64,000 nucleotides of DNA from Podarcis melisellensis (lineage: Eukaryota), in NCBI GenBank assembly GCA_964234715.1, contig OZ174289.1, one strand, 5' to 3'. The position numbers were made by a program, and so were the translations under genes. How positions within the stretch are numbered: position 1 is the stretch's first letter; each line of letters starts with the position of its first letter. Below are positions 63,801-64,000 of this stretch, piece after piece. The notes under the pieces were generated by a model, which saw only the letters and a program-made list of their open reading frames with translations, had not been told where the DNA came from and searched no databases.

Positions 63801-64000
63801 TACTCAGATTCTCCCACCATACCTCATTAGCATATTGGTAACCTTTTCAAACAAATATATAAATATATAACTCATTGTTTCATAGATCAAATTCCCTGTA
63901 CACTGTGAAAACAGGATGCACATAGCCCAAATGCATTGAATGAATACATGCACTAAAAGTTTAAATCTGAAATTTTCTTCAGGAAGATCTCGTAACAACA

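Noticed and set aside
1-64000. Host protein-coding exons among the many short ORFs
   Set aside because: None shows a recognisable host domain with consistent splice sites; small exons cannot be excluded without RNA-seq or homology search.

Overview
Eukaryotic, repeat-rich genomic DNA, most likely from a squamate lizard (Sauria SINEs, Bov-B, CR1, L1, L2, Tc1/mariner MITEs). I could not support any host protein-coding exon. The centrepiece is a young, apparently full-length tyrosine-recombinase retrotransposon of the Ngaro type on the - strand (18567-26329, ~7.76 kb). It has split direct repeats A1-[gag, RT/RNase H, YR, SGNH hydrolase]-B1-A2-spacer-B2. Beyond the canonical ORFs, the sequence shows: (i) phase-matched splice donors in gag and CTAAC-polypyrimidine-CAG acceptors in front of YR and the hydrolase, suggesting Gag-YR and Gag-hydrolase fusion proteins made by alternative splicing; (ii) an SGNH hydrolase broken by one extra G; (iii) a 129-bp tandem array re-copying the hydrolase catalytic C-terminus; (iv) a palindromic att-like B1/A2 junction partly mimicked by the host target site; (v) highly structured A and B repeats carrying a TATA box and a polyA signal; (vi) three tandem CTCF-like sites in the 5' leader. 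The rest is nested, decayed TE debris: a chromoviral Gypsy remnant, solo LTRs, a copia RT fragment, a Penelope end with a hammerhead remnant, and microsatellites. There is also one assembly gap and several TE-free, homeodomain-motif-rich islands that may be enhancers. Family names rest on motif recognition, not database searches.
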